From a virus (taxonomy: Duplodnaviria > Caudoviricetes), in IMG/VR virus record IMGVR_UViG_3300034071_002803, positions 1 through 58,047 of that record: a stretch of 58,047 nt of DNA, one strand, 5' to 3'. This document shows, in pieces, positions 46,023 to 54,606 of the stretch. A program made the position numbers and the translations under genes. How positions within the stretch are numbered: the stretch's first letter is position 1; the number at the start of each line of letters is the position of its first letter. The notes below the pieces were generated by a model, which did not search any database, was not told where the DNA came from, and worked only from the letters and a program-made list of their open reading frames with translations.

Positions 46023-47069
46023 CTACAGTGGGTCAAAACCAACATTAGCGTACCCGTCTGGGTACTTCTTCCTAATTATAGCAGACTTCAGGGAGACATG
46101 TGCGTACTTCTCGTACGCGACTACCTTGTCAAAGTTTTCCTCATAATATTTATTAAAGTTTATTTTCCCAAGGTACGCCACGGGGTTCTCGCCAGCAGCG
46201 TCTATCCCCTTAAAGCGCTCCCCGAGACCCTCATACATTGAGAAAACCTCTCCGACATTGAATCTAGCGCCGTGCGTTGGCGTGGACCACTCCCCGTACA
46301 TGTGATAAATCGGGCCAACCAGAAGGGGGTATACAAAACTGAACCCAAGGGACAGCAGCTCGATAGACTGAATAATCTCTTCTTCCCAAAAGACTAGGTT
46401 GTCTGGAAGGGTAATGTGCTGTGCCAACTCTTTGCTTCCAAACATAAATGCGGCGCATGTTTTTTGCGCTGGAGCAAACCCGGTTTGGGTTGTCATAATC
46501 TTCAGTGTTCTTGAGTACATTCCACATGGGTCAACATGTTGCCAGCTAGGGATTACACCATCAATCCACCATTTCCCCTCAGAAAATGCTGGATAGCCAA
46601 TATTTTTTTCCGCAAGGTATATCTCACTTGTGCCCCCTCCTGGATGGACATACTCAAGCGGCGTGGCCGTCAGAATGGTTCTCTTGTTTTTTGTAATGCG
46701 AGTCGCTTCCTCATACTTTTTTACGAGAATCTTGTCCCAGTCATTCACAAAATATGTATGGGCATCAACCTGTAGAAAATAGTCTTCGCCATCGTATAGG
46801 CTTGCGGCTAGGTTTCTCCCCCTAGCCACGCCCCAATTATCTCTTAGGCGGAAGCGTTGCATCTTAACCATTTTCGATGCTTCTGGGTCCTCAAGAACCA
46901 CAATGTCCTGTCTGGCCTGATCCCATTCCCCAAGATTGCCAACGAAGGCAATCCCAATTTTTATATCGTTATCTCCGGACCTGTTTTGCAGGCAGGATAG
47001 AACGGTGGTTGGAAGTTCTGTGTCCCAACCAAGAACAGATACAGAAACAAAAATCTTTGGCCGCATCAA
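46023..47069 (-). CDS. GT60-like polypeptide GlcNAc transferase (Skp1-hydroxyproline Gnt1-like)
   Basis: KIFVSV...GVARGRNLA.SLYDGEDYFLQVDAHTYF..DWD, FWEEEI..SI, IYHMY. Confidence 0.75.
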   Translation of the reverse strand: MMRPKIFVSVSVLGWDTELPTTVLSCLQNRSGDNDIKIGIAFVGNLGEWDQARQDIVVLEDPEASKMVKMQRFRLRDNWGVARGRNLAASLYDGEDYFLQVDAHTYFVNDWDKILVKKYEEATRITKNKRTILTATPLEYVHPGGGTSEIYLAEKNIGYPAFSEGKWWIDGVIPSWQHVDPCGMYSRTLKIMTTQTGFAPAQKTCAAFMFGSKELAQHITLPDNLVFWEEEIIQSIELLSLGFSFVYPLLVGPIYHMYGEWSTPTHGARFNVGEVFSMYEGLGERFKGIDAAGENPVAYLGKINFNKYYEENFDKVVAYEKYAHVSLKSAIIRKKYPDGYANVGFDPL

Positions 47070-47072
47070 TGG

Positions 47073-47873
47073 TCACTTAAACTCTTTCTTCGACCAGAAC
47101 AACTTCCGGTAAGGAAGATGGAATACGCTTGCAAGGGTTGCGTCTATCTTACCCTTGCGCTCCTTAACGCGCTCCATACCCTCTTTCGTGTGTTCAATAA
47201 CCATCTCCCAATTTTCTCGTTTAAATGGCACAACCTGAACCAGCGGTGTCCCCACCGGTATAATCCCGTTAAAGTTTTTGTCTTTAAGGGCAATCATAAA
47301 ATTTAGCTTTGGAAAAAACCTATCTGAATCCATGACTCCTGGGACCACATCAAAGTACTCGTTTTGATCATTGAGTGGCGAGTGAAAAATTACCGAGTAC
47401 CCAGGTGCCGTCCTGACAATCCATGGGGTAAAGATTTTTAGAAGATGCTGCTCTTGCTTTTTGCTGTACGGGTGCTCCATCGCCTGCCCAAAGGGGTGAA
47501 AGCTGGCTCCGCTGTTTGGTGAGTCTGTTATTCTGCGCGGGTACGTAGCCGTTGTAATAACAGACGGCGCTGGGCAGACTTCTTCGTTTAGGTGGGCGCT
47601 TTCATTGTCCTTAGATTCGATGTAAATCTCCGCATGGGTCCTGATAGTGTAGCCAAGGGTCATTGAGTCAATAATTGGCTGGCAACGCTTGATACTGGCA
47701 TTATCCATGCCCGAGTTAATATTGACCTTTCGCTCCACTGAGTCCCCATCCGCCCCCCAGCCACCGTAAGCGTACATGTCCCGCCACCATTGCGGCATAG
47801 GCCGACCCGCTGGTCGCGGGTGGACACCATCGGGGATCTCATGCCAATTCCAAAACTTAATAATGTTGCTCAT
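47073..47873 (-). CDS. DUF6065-like beta-fold protein, paralogue A
   Basis: P.PA...PQWW, SIKRC.PI.D..T.GY, PW...T.PGYS, PG..D.D, IP.GTP..Q..PFKRE.W, Y...FWSKK. Confidence 0.7.
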   Translation of the reverse strand: MSNIIKFWNWHEIPDGVHPRPAGRPMPQWWRDMYAYGGWGADGDSVERKVNINSGMDNASIKRCQPIIDSMTLGYTIRTHAEIYIESKDNESAHLNEEVCPAPSVITTATYPRRITDSPNSGASFHPFGQAMEHPYSKKQEQHLLKIFTPWIVRTAPGYSVIFHSPLNDQNEYFDVVPGVMDSDRFFPKLNFMIALKDKNFNGIIPVGTPLVQVVPFKRENWEMVIEHTKEGMERVKERKGKIDATLASVFHLPYRKLFWSKKEFK

Positions 47874-48427
47874 ATACCGCAGACTCCATTTTTGAAATTT
47901 GCCGACCAGAGATTAGAGAGGGAAATATTGTTTTCCTGGAGGTACTTCTGCTGAAGCGATTTTTGGTAGTAGCCCGTATGCAGCATTGCCATCTCATATC
48001 TTACGCCGGAAGTAACTGGCTCTAACGATTGCCGATACTCCCAACTACCGCTTGGGAAGATTATCGCGGAAAGCGGCTCTGGCTGATACTCGAATTCCTG
48101 ATTAGGAAATACAATCTTACCGTCGGTAAAGTTTCCGCCAAGATAGATGATGCTAGTCGCTATGATATGTTCTAATCCCGTGCCCAAATTAGTATATTCC
48201 ACCGGTTCTGATCCGCTTTGAGTGGGAAAAGCTTGCGCTTTCGCCGTAAACAAATAAGATTTCCAGCCAAGCTCCTCCCTGTGCTCCTCAAGAAGTTTAT
48301 CTGAGTACTTTTTAAGCATCCACTCCGTTGTTATGCTATTGCTTTTTCCTTCATCAATCAGCCGAATAACTTTTTCGGCGTCAGCTGGCTCGACAAAGTT
48401 TTGAAGTACTTTAATCCTGTGGCCCAT
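47870..48427 (-). CDS. prolyl-4-hydroxylase-like 2OG-Fe(II) fold protein, apparently lacking metal ligands
   Basis: IIYL..NFTDG.IVFP....QP.P.S.IIFPS...Y.Q.LEPVTSGVRY. Confidence 0.65.
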   Translation of the reverse strand: MGHRIKVLQNFVEPADAEKVIRLIDEGKSNSITTEWMLKKYSDKLLEEHREELGWKSYLFTAKAQAFPTQSGSEPVEYTNLGTGLEHIIATSIIYLGGNFTDGKIVFPNQEFEYQPEPLSAIIFPSGSWEYRQSLEPVTSGVRYEMAMLHTGYYQKSLQQKYLQENNISLSNLWSANFKNGVCGI

Positions 48428-49331
48428 GGCTACCTCCCAGTTGGCATGTTCTCCACACGCGGTCCCCAGATGACTGCGTTTTAACAATGGTTGTTATGAG
48501 GTTTTGATACGCGCCAAGATTAGCATACCCCCTGGCTAGGGCGTAAAATGGCGGCCATCTGAGGATGCAGTCAGAAAACAGTGCCTGACCGCTGCGGCTC
48601 ATTGCCATTTTGTTAAGCCAAATACCTGGCGTTGGGGAATGGGCAAGGGCTGAAAGCTCGCCCAGGTAGTCATGCTCGGTTTTTTCCCAATTCCAGTCGA
48701 TGACCAGCAAATAAGTTTCACCTTCCCGGTCAAGGGCGTTCCTAACGTAGTTTATTTTTGCAACAGAGTAGTTAAATAGACCAGTCCTTGGATGCGCGTC
48801 GTCTTGTCGCTCTGGGTCAATTGATCTTGTCGCCAAAGGGTAATAGTACATATTGTTTTTTTCATCAATAGAAAGCTCCTCTAGGCGTATGGCGCCATCC
48901 CTGCTCTTGGTCATTCGCATGCCGGTAAACGGCAAGGCGTCCAGGAATTGATTTGCAATAACGACCATAGTGCCCCCGGGGGATGGCGGGATAAGAGCGT
49001 CTACGAGAACATTTTCTTCTTTAATAAGGCCGCGGGAAATAATCTTTTTCCGCAACTCGTCGTTGAATTCTGAGGCGTAGACCTCAATGCCGCTTGAGTT
49101 GCTTAGCTTTCCTAAAACCAAAGCTGAAAATGAGCCATCTGCCTCGCCGTCAAACCTAATCTTGTCCACATGCCCCAAAGACGAAATCCATTCGGCAACC
49201 GCGGCGGCGAACACTGGTCCGGATGAAGCAGAGTAATCCCTTTTCTCAACCCATTGTGCTTTTCCTGAATATTGGCTAGTGAGCTTTTCCTGCTCCCGAA
49301 ACCTAATCCTCTGCGGGTGGATTGTGCTCAT
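48411..49331 (-). CDS. MidA/NDUFAF7-like SAM-dependent methyltransferase
   Basis: DY..S.GPVF, GEADG, VIANQFLDALP, LLVID. Confidence 0.55.
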   Translation of the reverse strand: MSTIHPQRIRFREQEKLTSQYSGKAQWVEKRDYSASSGPVFAAAVAEWISSLGHVDKIRFDGEADGSFSALVLGKLSNSSGIEVYASEFNDELRKKIISRGLIKEENVLVDALIPPSPGGTMVVIANQFLDALPFTGMRMTKSRDGAIRLEELSIDEKNNMYYYPLATRSIDPERQDDAHPRTGLFNYSVAKINYVRNALDREGETYLLVIDWNWEKTEHDYLGELSALAHSPTPGIWLNKMAMSRSGQALFSDCILRWPPFYALARGYANLGAYQNLITTIVKTQSSGDRVWRTCQLGGSHGPQD

Positions 49332-49539
49332 CCTTCCCCCATCTCCCCACGGGACATTCTGCTTGCGGCAATTGCGCCTTGAGCTTCATGAAGCATAGGC
49401 ACTTTTTGCATTGACCTGAAAGGCGGATAAAATGCTCGCACCCACGACAAGATTTAAGGCGTTCTTCTAGTGTCTCCTTGCTGACCCTGCCAGCATTTGG
49501 ATCTAGCATGTCCCAAGGCTTAACGCTCATTAGTGCCAT
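49303..49539 (-). CDS. DUF6171-like Cys-rich metal-binding protein
   Basis: ERL..CRGC...QCKKCLCFM.LKA.L..AECP.GRW. Confidence 0.75.
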   Translation of the reverse strand: MALMSVKPWDMLDPNAGRVSKETLEERLKSCRGCEHFIRLSGQCKKCLCFMKLKAQLPQAECPVGRWGKDEHNPPAED

Positions 49540-50341
49540 CCGCTCCGTGCATTACCGGGCATCGGGGCTGCTCGGCCTCAACATATGACTTCTTCTTCCA
49601 GAAACGATTTCGGTACGCACCACCCCATACGTCTCGAGTCATAGCAACGTATTTTGTTCGGTGAGCTTCGTTATATGGAATTAATGAAGATTCCCAGTTA
49701 GTTCTTTTGATTGGAATAATCTGAAAAATAGGCGTACCCTTCGGAATCACACCTTGAAAATCGCTCTTAAGATAAAAAGTTATTTCAGACCTAAGGGGGA
49801 AGCTATCGGAATCCACTATGGCCGACATCGTGCGAAATGGCAGATCAAAGCGATTTAATGGGTGGGTGATAAGAACAGACCAGCCTTTTGGCACACCGAA
49901 TTCAAATGGTTGAATCCACAGGTATGGATTCTTATAAAAGCCTTCTGGCGAAACAAATCCCTCCATCGCACTCGGGTCTCGCGGAGGTCTAACCGGCTCC
50001 CATGGGAATTGTCGTGGCCAGTTAATCGTTGCGCCCTCGCCGCGAATATCACGCTGGACCTGCAGGTCACAGTTTAATCCCTGAATAAACCCAGTGGTAA
50101 ATGCGTCGATGATAGGAACGCAATTTTTAACAGTGTGGTTGTATTCCTGCATTTCTGGATTGAATGGAAGTCGGCCATGGGCCACTGTAGGAATTCCCTT
50201 GTACCAGTCTGGAACATACTTTGATGCTGGCCTTGGTGGCTCAAATCCAGTTTCCTGAAGATTTTCATGCTCCGGGCGCCAGGTAATCCTGTGAACATCT
50301 TCTCCCCTTAGGCGCTTAATGAGCTTCTCAACTGGATTCAC
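49520..50341 (-). CDS. DUF6065-like beta-fold protein, paralogue B
   Basis: PASKYVPDWY, TVKNCVPIIDAFTTG, PKGWS, VDSD, IPKGTPIFQIIPIKR, YRNRFWKKK. Confidence 0.7.
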   Translation of the reverse strand: MNPVEKLIKRLRGEDVHRITWRPEHENLQETGFEPPRPASKYVPDWYKGIPTVAHGRLPFNPEMQEYNHTVKNCVPIIDAFTTGFIQGLNCDLQVQRDIRGEGATINWPRQFPWEPVRPPRDPSAMEGFVSPEGFYKNPYLWIQPFEFGVPKGWSVLITHPLNRFDLPFRTMSAIVDSDSFPLRSEITFYLKSDFQGVIPKGTPIFQIIPIKRTNWESSLIPYNEAHRTKYVAMTRDVWGGAYRNRFWKKKSYVEAEQPRCPVMHGADGTNER

Positions 50342-50898
50342 TTCTTTTCCTCAAATAGAAACGCTCTGAGCTCTGCAATATCTGCCCTAATTGCATCGAG
50401 CTCTTTAGAGATGTTTTCAGCCAGCTCAGCGAGCGCTGGGTTTGCCTCCTTGCCGCACCCCTCGCATGTTCCCTCAGATCCTCCGTCGCTGGCATATGGT
50501 ACTGCTGGGTTTACAAACTTAGTCAGGCCAGCAATCTCATTAAAAAGGTCAGTCAGGCCAAGCCGAACCTCGACCTCAGCAAATGACTTTTCCCCCCAGC
50601 CAACAATTCTTGCTGTGGGAGAACCGTTTGCGGAGTTGATCAATACCGGAACTGCATTTACCCCAGCGGCGGCGGAAATAGATTGATTTGTATCAGTGGA
50701 CACAACAACAACGGCAAGGCCCTTATCCTGATACTTCTTCTCAATTGCCTCAATCCATGGGTATGCTTGCTCACAAAATGTGCAACTTGGCGATGAAAAG
50801 AAATACAGAACATTACCGCGGCTAGCGTTTTTTTCGAGCAGCTCAGTCCAAGGCGTAGTGGCCTTATCCTGCAAATCACCCTGTAGTACTTCTGGCAT
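50338..50898 (-). CDS. thioredoxin-like protein with C-terminal CxxC/coiled coil
   Basis: FSSPSCTFC, AVP, then CEGC plus coiled coil. Confidence 0.75.
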   Translation of the reverse strand: MPEVLQGDLQDKATTPWTELLEKNASRGNVLYFFSSPSCTFCEQAYPWIEAIEKKYQDKGLAVVVVSTDTNQSISAAAGVNAVPVLINSANGSPTARIVGWGEKSFAEVEVRLGLTDLFNEIAGLTKFVNPAVPYASDGGSEGTCEGCGKEANPALAELAENISKELDAIRADIAELRAFLFEEKK

Positions 50899-51535
50899 AA
50901 TTTACCCCCCCTCCTGATAGGATTTTTTCAATTACAGGGTCACCCCTGCCTGGCTGGAGTATAGCACTAAAGCTGGCGTAGAAACACCCTATCTGAAACG
51001 TTGGATCGTGGTTGACATTCACCAGATCGTATATATTAAACCTGAAGATGCCCGGGAAGAGGCGCACGATTTCTTCGGTGCTCGCCTCTGGCTCTACATG
51101 CTCCTCGTAAGGATTCATAATGCATGTCTCGGTATCATCATCAGGAACATTGTTCCCCGTCTGCTCGCACAGACCGATAGGCATGGCGATGTATGCAAAT
51201 CTGGCAGAAGCGGAGATAGCGGCCCAGAGCGCGACGGCGTCGGATCTTGGCATATGCTCAATCACATCACCAAGGACTACCAGGTCATAGGGGAAGGAGG
51301 TGATGGTGCGGGCGTCGGCAATCGTTACGGTGTCGTAAATATCATCCAGCGAAAAGCGTGTCTGATAGTACGGAAAAACCTCTATGGCATCAAGGACGGT
51401 GACGGATGGGCACGCGTTGCGAATCGCTACACCGTAACGTCCAGATCCAGCCCCAACGTCAAGGACAGTGGTGATGCCATGCTCGTTGATCCACTCGGTA
51501 AGAGCTTTAATTCCATGACCGCTAGACCAGGGCAT
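50876..51535 (-). CDS. class I SAM-dependent methyltransferase
   Basis: VLDVGAGSG, AIEVF, YDLVVLGDVIEHM, NPYEEH. Confidence 0.85.
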   Translation of the reverse strand: MPWSSGHGIKALTEWINEHGITTVLDVGAGSGRYGVAIRNACPSVTVLDAIEVFPYYQTRFSLDDIYDTVTIADARTITSFPYDLVVLGDVIEHMPRSDAVALWAAISASARFAYIAMPIGLCEQTGNNVPDDDTETCIMNPYEEHVEPEASTEEIVRLFPGIFRFNIYDLVNVNHDPTFQIGCFYASFSAILQPGRGDPVIEKILSGGGVNYARSTTG

Positions 51536-51538
51536 TTA

Positions 51539-53059
51539 TCAGGAAATCAAGATGCCGACGCTATCAGATCCAGTACTATAACTTGCGTACCAATAGTCAA
51601 TCTGGTCTGTTTCCCCTGGGTTCTGGTCGCCAAGCGGGGCCACCCCAATACCGTGACCAACTGAACTCAAATAATCGCTCTGGCCAGAGGCTTGCAGGCC
51701 GGAATTGGCAGCCTCCGTCGTCCACGCATCGTCCGTATACACATACGCCGTGTAGTCCGCACCGCTGGTCACAACCTTGATGGAGCCCCACGACTGGGTA
51801 GAGCTAGTGCTGTCGTAAAGCGCAGCAGAAGTATAATGATTGCTTCGCGTTCCAGCAGCAATGCGATCAACCTTAAGCTTATATCGGAACTTATAGTTTG
51901 GCGAGTTCTCTAAGCACGCGTTATAGCATTCTGCGCCCGATGTTGGTACGCATGTTCCGCATGCATTTGTGTTGCCGCCGCTTTTTGTGCATGTGCATGT
52001 TCGAGAATATTGTTTTCCGGTAGTGCCGCACGAGGTGCAGGTCTTGTCGGCGGATGCGCAAGTGATGTTTCCGCATGCATATGTTCCAGAGGTTGGCGAG
52101 CACGCGCCGGTCGTACACGAACCAGTCGTGTAGTTTCCAGGAGAGCAGTTGTAGACGGTGGGATTTTTGTTTCCGCCTTTTAGATTTCCAGCGACAGTGG
52201 CATTGTAGTTTGCAACTTTGCTGTTTCCTGGGCTAATCGCGTTGTAGCTGCTAAGGAATGAATTTCCAGGCGTGGTTGAGCTCTTTAGGTTTCCTGGTAC
52301 TGGTGAGTACGATACGATGTTTCCATTGTCCCTATATTTATTTCCCTTAAACGAGGGAGAGTTATAGCTATAGTTAGTCTTAGGTGCGTTATAGGAATAT
52401 TTTGCGTTTCCGCCAGTGGGGGCGTTGTAGGAATAGTTTGCGTTTCCGCCAGTGGGCGCATTGTATGAGTACGCATTAGTGTTGAAGTAGCTGACGCATG
52501 TTTCGGCATTATTGCCAACCCGCTGGGAGCAGTTTGCATCGCCGCAGACCCACGCAATCTCCGTAACATCTCCCTCAGCGCGGTATGGGTCTCCAAAGAT
52601 ATCACACCCGCAAGCCGCGTGAACATTTGTAGAGCAACCGCAACCAACAGTTTGCGTGTAGTTGGTTGTTTCTCCGGAGTTATATACAACTGGGTTTTTA
52701 TTACCACCACCGCAAGCCGTACAAGATGTGCAGGAATAATAGCCACCAACGCAAGTTGTCCCATCTTGGTATCGCTCTCCGTGCACATAGGAGATCCAGT
52801 AGTTGCTTGCGTCTTCTACCCAGAATGCAGCACCCACTCCATTTCCATGGGTCGTGGATGCCCCGGTTTCAATGCCCACCTCCGCATCTGAGTTTGGGGT
52901 AATGACCCAGCAAACGCCAGCGGACTCAACGTTTTTTGCAGCGTTGCTGTTAATTTGCCAATTAGTCGCACCCTGCCACGCAAGGCTGCCCGTGTCCGTT
53001 GAGCCCATCGTTCCAAGGGATGTATTTGTCCTGTTAAATGTATCCGCTACAAGGGCCAT
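51539..53059 (-). CDS. Cys-rich virion/fibre protein with tandem SYNAPTGGNA repeats
   Basis: about 25 Cys; lectin-like beta-sandwich halves at both termini; coupled to the upstream fibre gene. Confidence 0.7.
   Translation of the reverse strand: MALVADTFNRTNTSLGTMGSTDTGSLAWQGATNWQINSNAAKNVESAGVCWVITPNSDAEVGIETGASTTHGNGVGAAFWVEDASNYWISYVHGERYQDGTTCVGGYYSCTSCTACGGGNKNPVVYNSGETTNYTQTVGCGCSTNVHAACGCDIFGDPYRAEGDVTEIAWVCGDANCSQRVGNNAETCVSYFNTNAYSYNAPTGGNANYSYNAPTGGNAKYSYNAPKTNYSYNSPSFKGNKYRDNGNIVSYSPVPGNLKSSTTPGNSFLSSYNAISPGNSKVANYNATVAGNLKGGNKNPTVYNCSPGNYTTGSCTTGACSPTSGTYACGNITCASADKTCTSCGTTGKQYSRTCTCTKSGGNTNACGTCVPTSGAECYNACLENSPNYKFRYKLKVDRIAAGTRSNHYTSAALYDSTSSTQSWGSIKVVTSGADYTAYVYTDDAWTTEAANSGLQASGQSDYLSSVGHGIGVAPLGDQNPGETDQIDYWYASYSTGSDSVGILIS
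52381..52477. repeat. 36-bp-period coding tandem repeat
   Basis: TTTGCGTTTCCGCCAGTGGG at 52401 and 52437; encodes (N/K)YSYNAPTGGNA units. Confidence 0.85.
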
Positions 53060-54606
53060 TAATATGTCGCCTCAATGGTTACCGAAAGGTCGGCTCCAGA
53101 TGTTCCTGCGTTTACAATCTCAACTTGGAGAGTATCTCCAACGGCAAGGGAGGTAACGGTGCTAAGGGATGTGGTGACTACGGCGGCCCCTACGGTGGCG
53201 CTTGTATTGCCGTTGGTAGAGCCGTTCTTCACAAGGCGATAGGTCACGCCAGAGCCACCGCCAGCGTATGCTCGAGCGTTGACAAGAGTGCAGGCAACTG
53301 TGGAAATGAACCTTGGCTGCTTAACCCCAGTAGATAGGGTTCCAGCGATGTGGAAAGAGATTGGCATTTGCAACGCATCAAGCTTTGTCTTGTCTGATGC
53401 GCTAAGGTAACCAGGAACAGACTGTGTTGCCTCCACAACACTTAGTGTATTTCCAGATTTGGAGAGTGCGGTTCCCGCAATAATGGACGCTGCGCCGGTG
53501 AATTGCTGCCACGACATAGAATCAGTTCCTACTTTAATAATTTCGCCTACTCCGGTTCCGGTGTTCACTTGGATGTATCCTTGGTTGCCATAATTTGTTC
53601 CGTTTAAAATGTATACTGCATCACCGGACTGCACGTATTCAGCGGGAATGCTTCCGTCAAAATTAGCTGCTCTTGTGATTCGCCACGGAGTTCCTGCGCT
53701 TCCAGCGTTGCTTACAACGTAGATTCCATTATGGGCCTGATTAGTCGCTCCGATATATAGAAGCCGGTCATTTAGCAGCATCTGGTACCCGTCAACCGTT
53801 CCGATGGCTCCGTTCGTGTTTGATTCAATGTAGGCACCAACACCAGTCCCGCCGTCACCTCCTGCCGATCCAGCTGTGTAGGTGCCGTTGCCGATATTAG
53901 ACGCCTGCGCTGCCTTTACGGCTACGTGCCAGTTAACTCCGGAAGCGAATGCGTCCACATACGCTTTCGTAGCAGCATGCATGTCCTGAGTTGGGTCAAC
54001 CCCAAGGGTGATTTGATTGACGGCAGTGTTTGCGCTTCCGTCCCTAAGGACGATTGTGTTGTTGTTGGCTGATGCAGTTGCGGTGGTCTGCGCGTTGAGA
54101 ACGGTCAGCGTATTGCTGTTGCCGTCAATAGTCTTATTTGTCAGGGTCTGCGTTCCTGTATCAGAAACCAACGTAGCATCAGAATTTCCGATAACTGACC
54201 CGCCTGGAAGCAACAAGGTATTAGTCGCTTCCACGGCATGCGGCGCTGCTTTAATTTTTTGCCCGTGTGTGTTTACATAGCAATTGAGTTGTATTGATGC
54301 GTCTACTGAAGAGCCGCCTTGAACCTCAAGAATAGTTGAGGCAGGCGCGACTACAAGGTTTCCAGAGGCGGTGGTTGTCGTTCCGCCCAGTACTGGCGAT
54401 GTTAGGGTCTTGTTTGTAAGGGTTTCAGCGCCTGCGGGGGTTACTGTCACATAGGTCAACGAGCTCCACGCGGTTGTACCATCACCAATCTTAAACTGAC
54501 CCGTGGTGGTATCAAAGCCAATTTCACCAGATTGCAAGACAGGGTTAGCCGACGCCCAGTTGGCAGATGTATCGCGTCGTGGCTTAATCCTTGCTTGCGC
54601 TGGCAT
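53059..54606 (-). CDS. tail fibre protein with Mtd/hyaluronidase-type N-terminal domain
   Basis: RRDTSANWASANPVL..GEIGFDT...FKIGDG.TAW.SL; QTLTNKT repeats; AATKAYVD. Confidence 0.85.
   Translation of the reverse strand: MPAQARIKPRRDTSANWASANPVLQSGEIGFDTTTGQFKIGDGTTAWSSLTYVTVTPAGAETLTNKTLTSPVLGGTTTTASGNLVVAPASTILEVQGGSSVDASIQLNCYVNTHGQKIKAAPHAVEATNTLLLPGGSVIGNSDATLVSDTGTQTLTNKTIDGNSNTLTVLNAQTTATASANNNTIVLRDGSANTAVNQITLGVDPTQDMHAATKAYVDAFASGVNWHVAVKAAQASNIGNGTYTAGSAGGDGGTGVGAYIESNTNGAIGTVDGYQMLLNDRLLYIGATNQAHNGIYVVSNAGSAGTPWRITRAANFDGSIPAEYVQSGDAVYILNGTNYGNQGYIQVNTGTGVGEIIKVGTDSMSWQQFTGAASIIAGTALSKSGNTLSVVEATQSVPGYLSASDKTKLDALQMPISFHIAGTLSTGVKQPRFISTVACTLVNARAYAGGGSGVTYRLVKNGSTNGNTSATVGAAVVTTSLSTVTSLAVGDTLQVEIVNAGTSGADLSVTIEATY

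Noticed and set aside
52381-52477. 36-bp-period repeat as a CRISPR mini-array
   Set aside because: In-frame coding repeats with no unique spacers
53059-54606. Diversity-generating retroelement suggested by the Mtd-like N-terminal domain
   Set aside because: No reverse transcriptase and no TR/VR repeat pair seen in the window; the Mtd_N domain is a common fibre anchor
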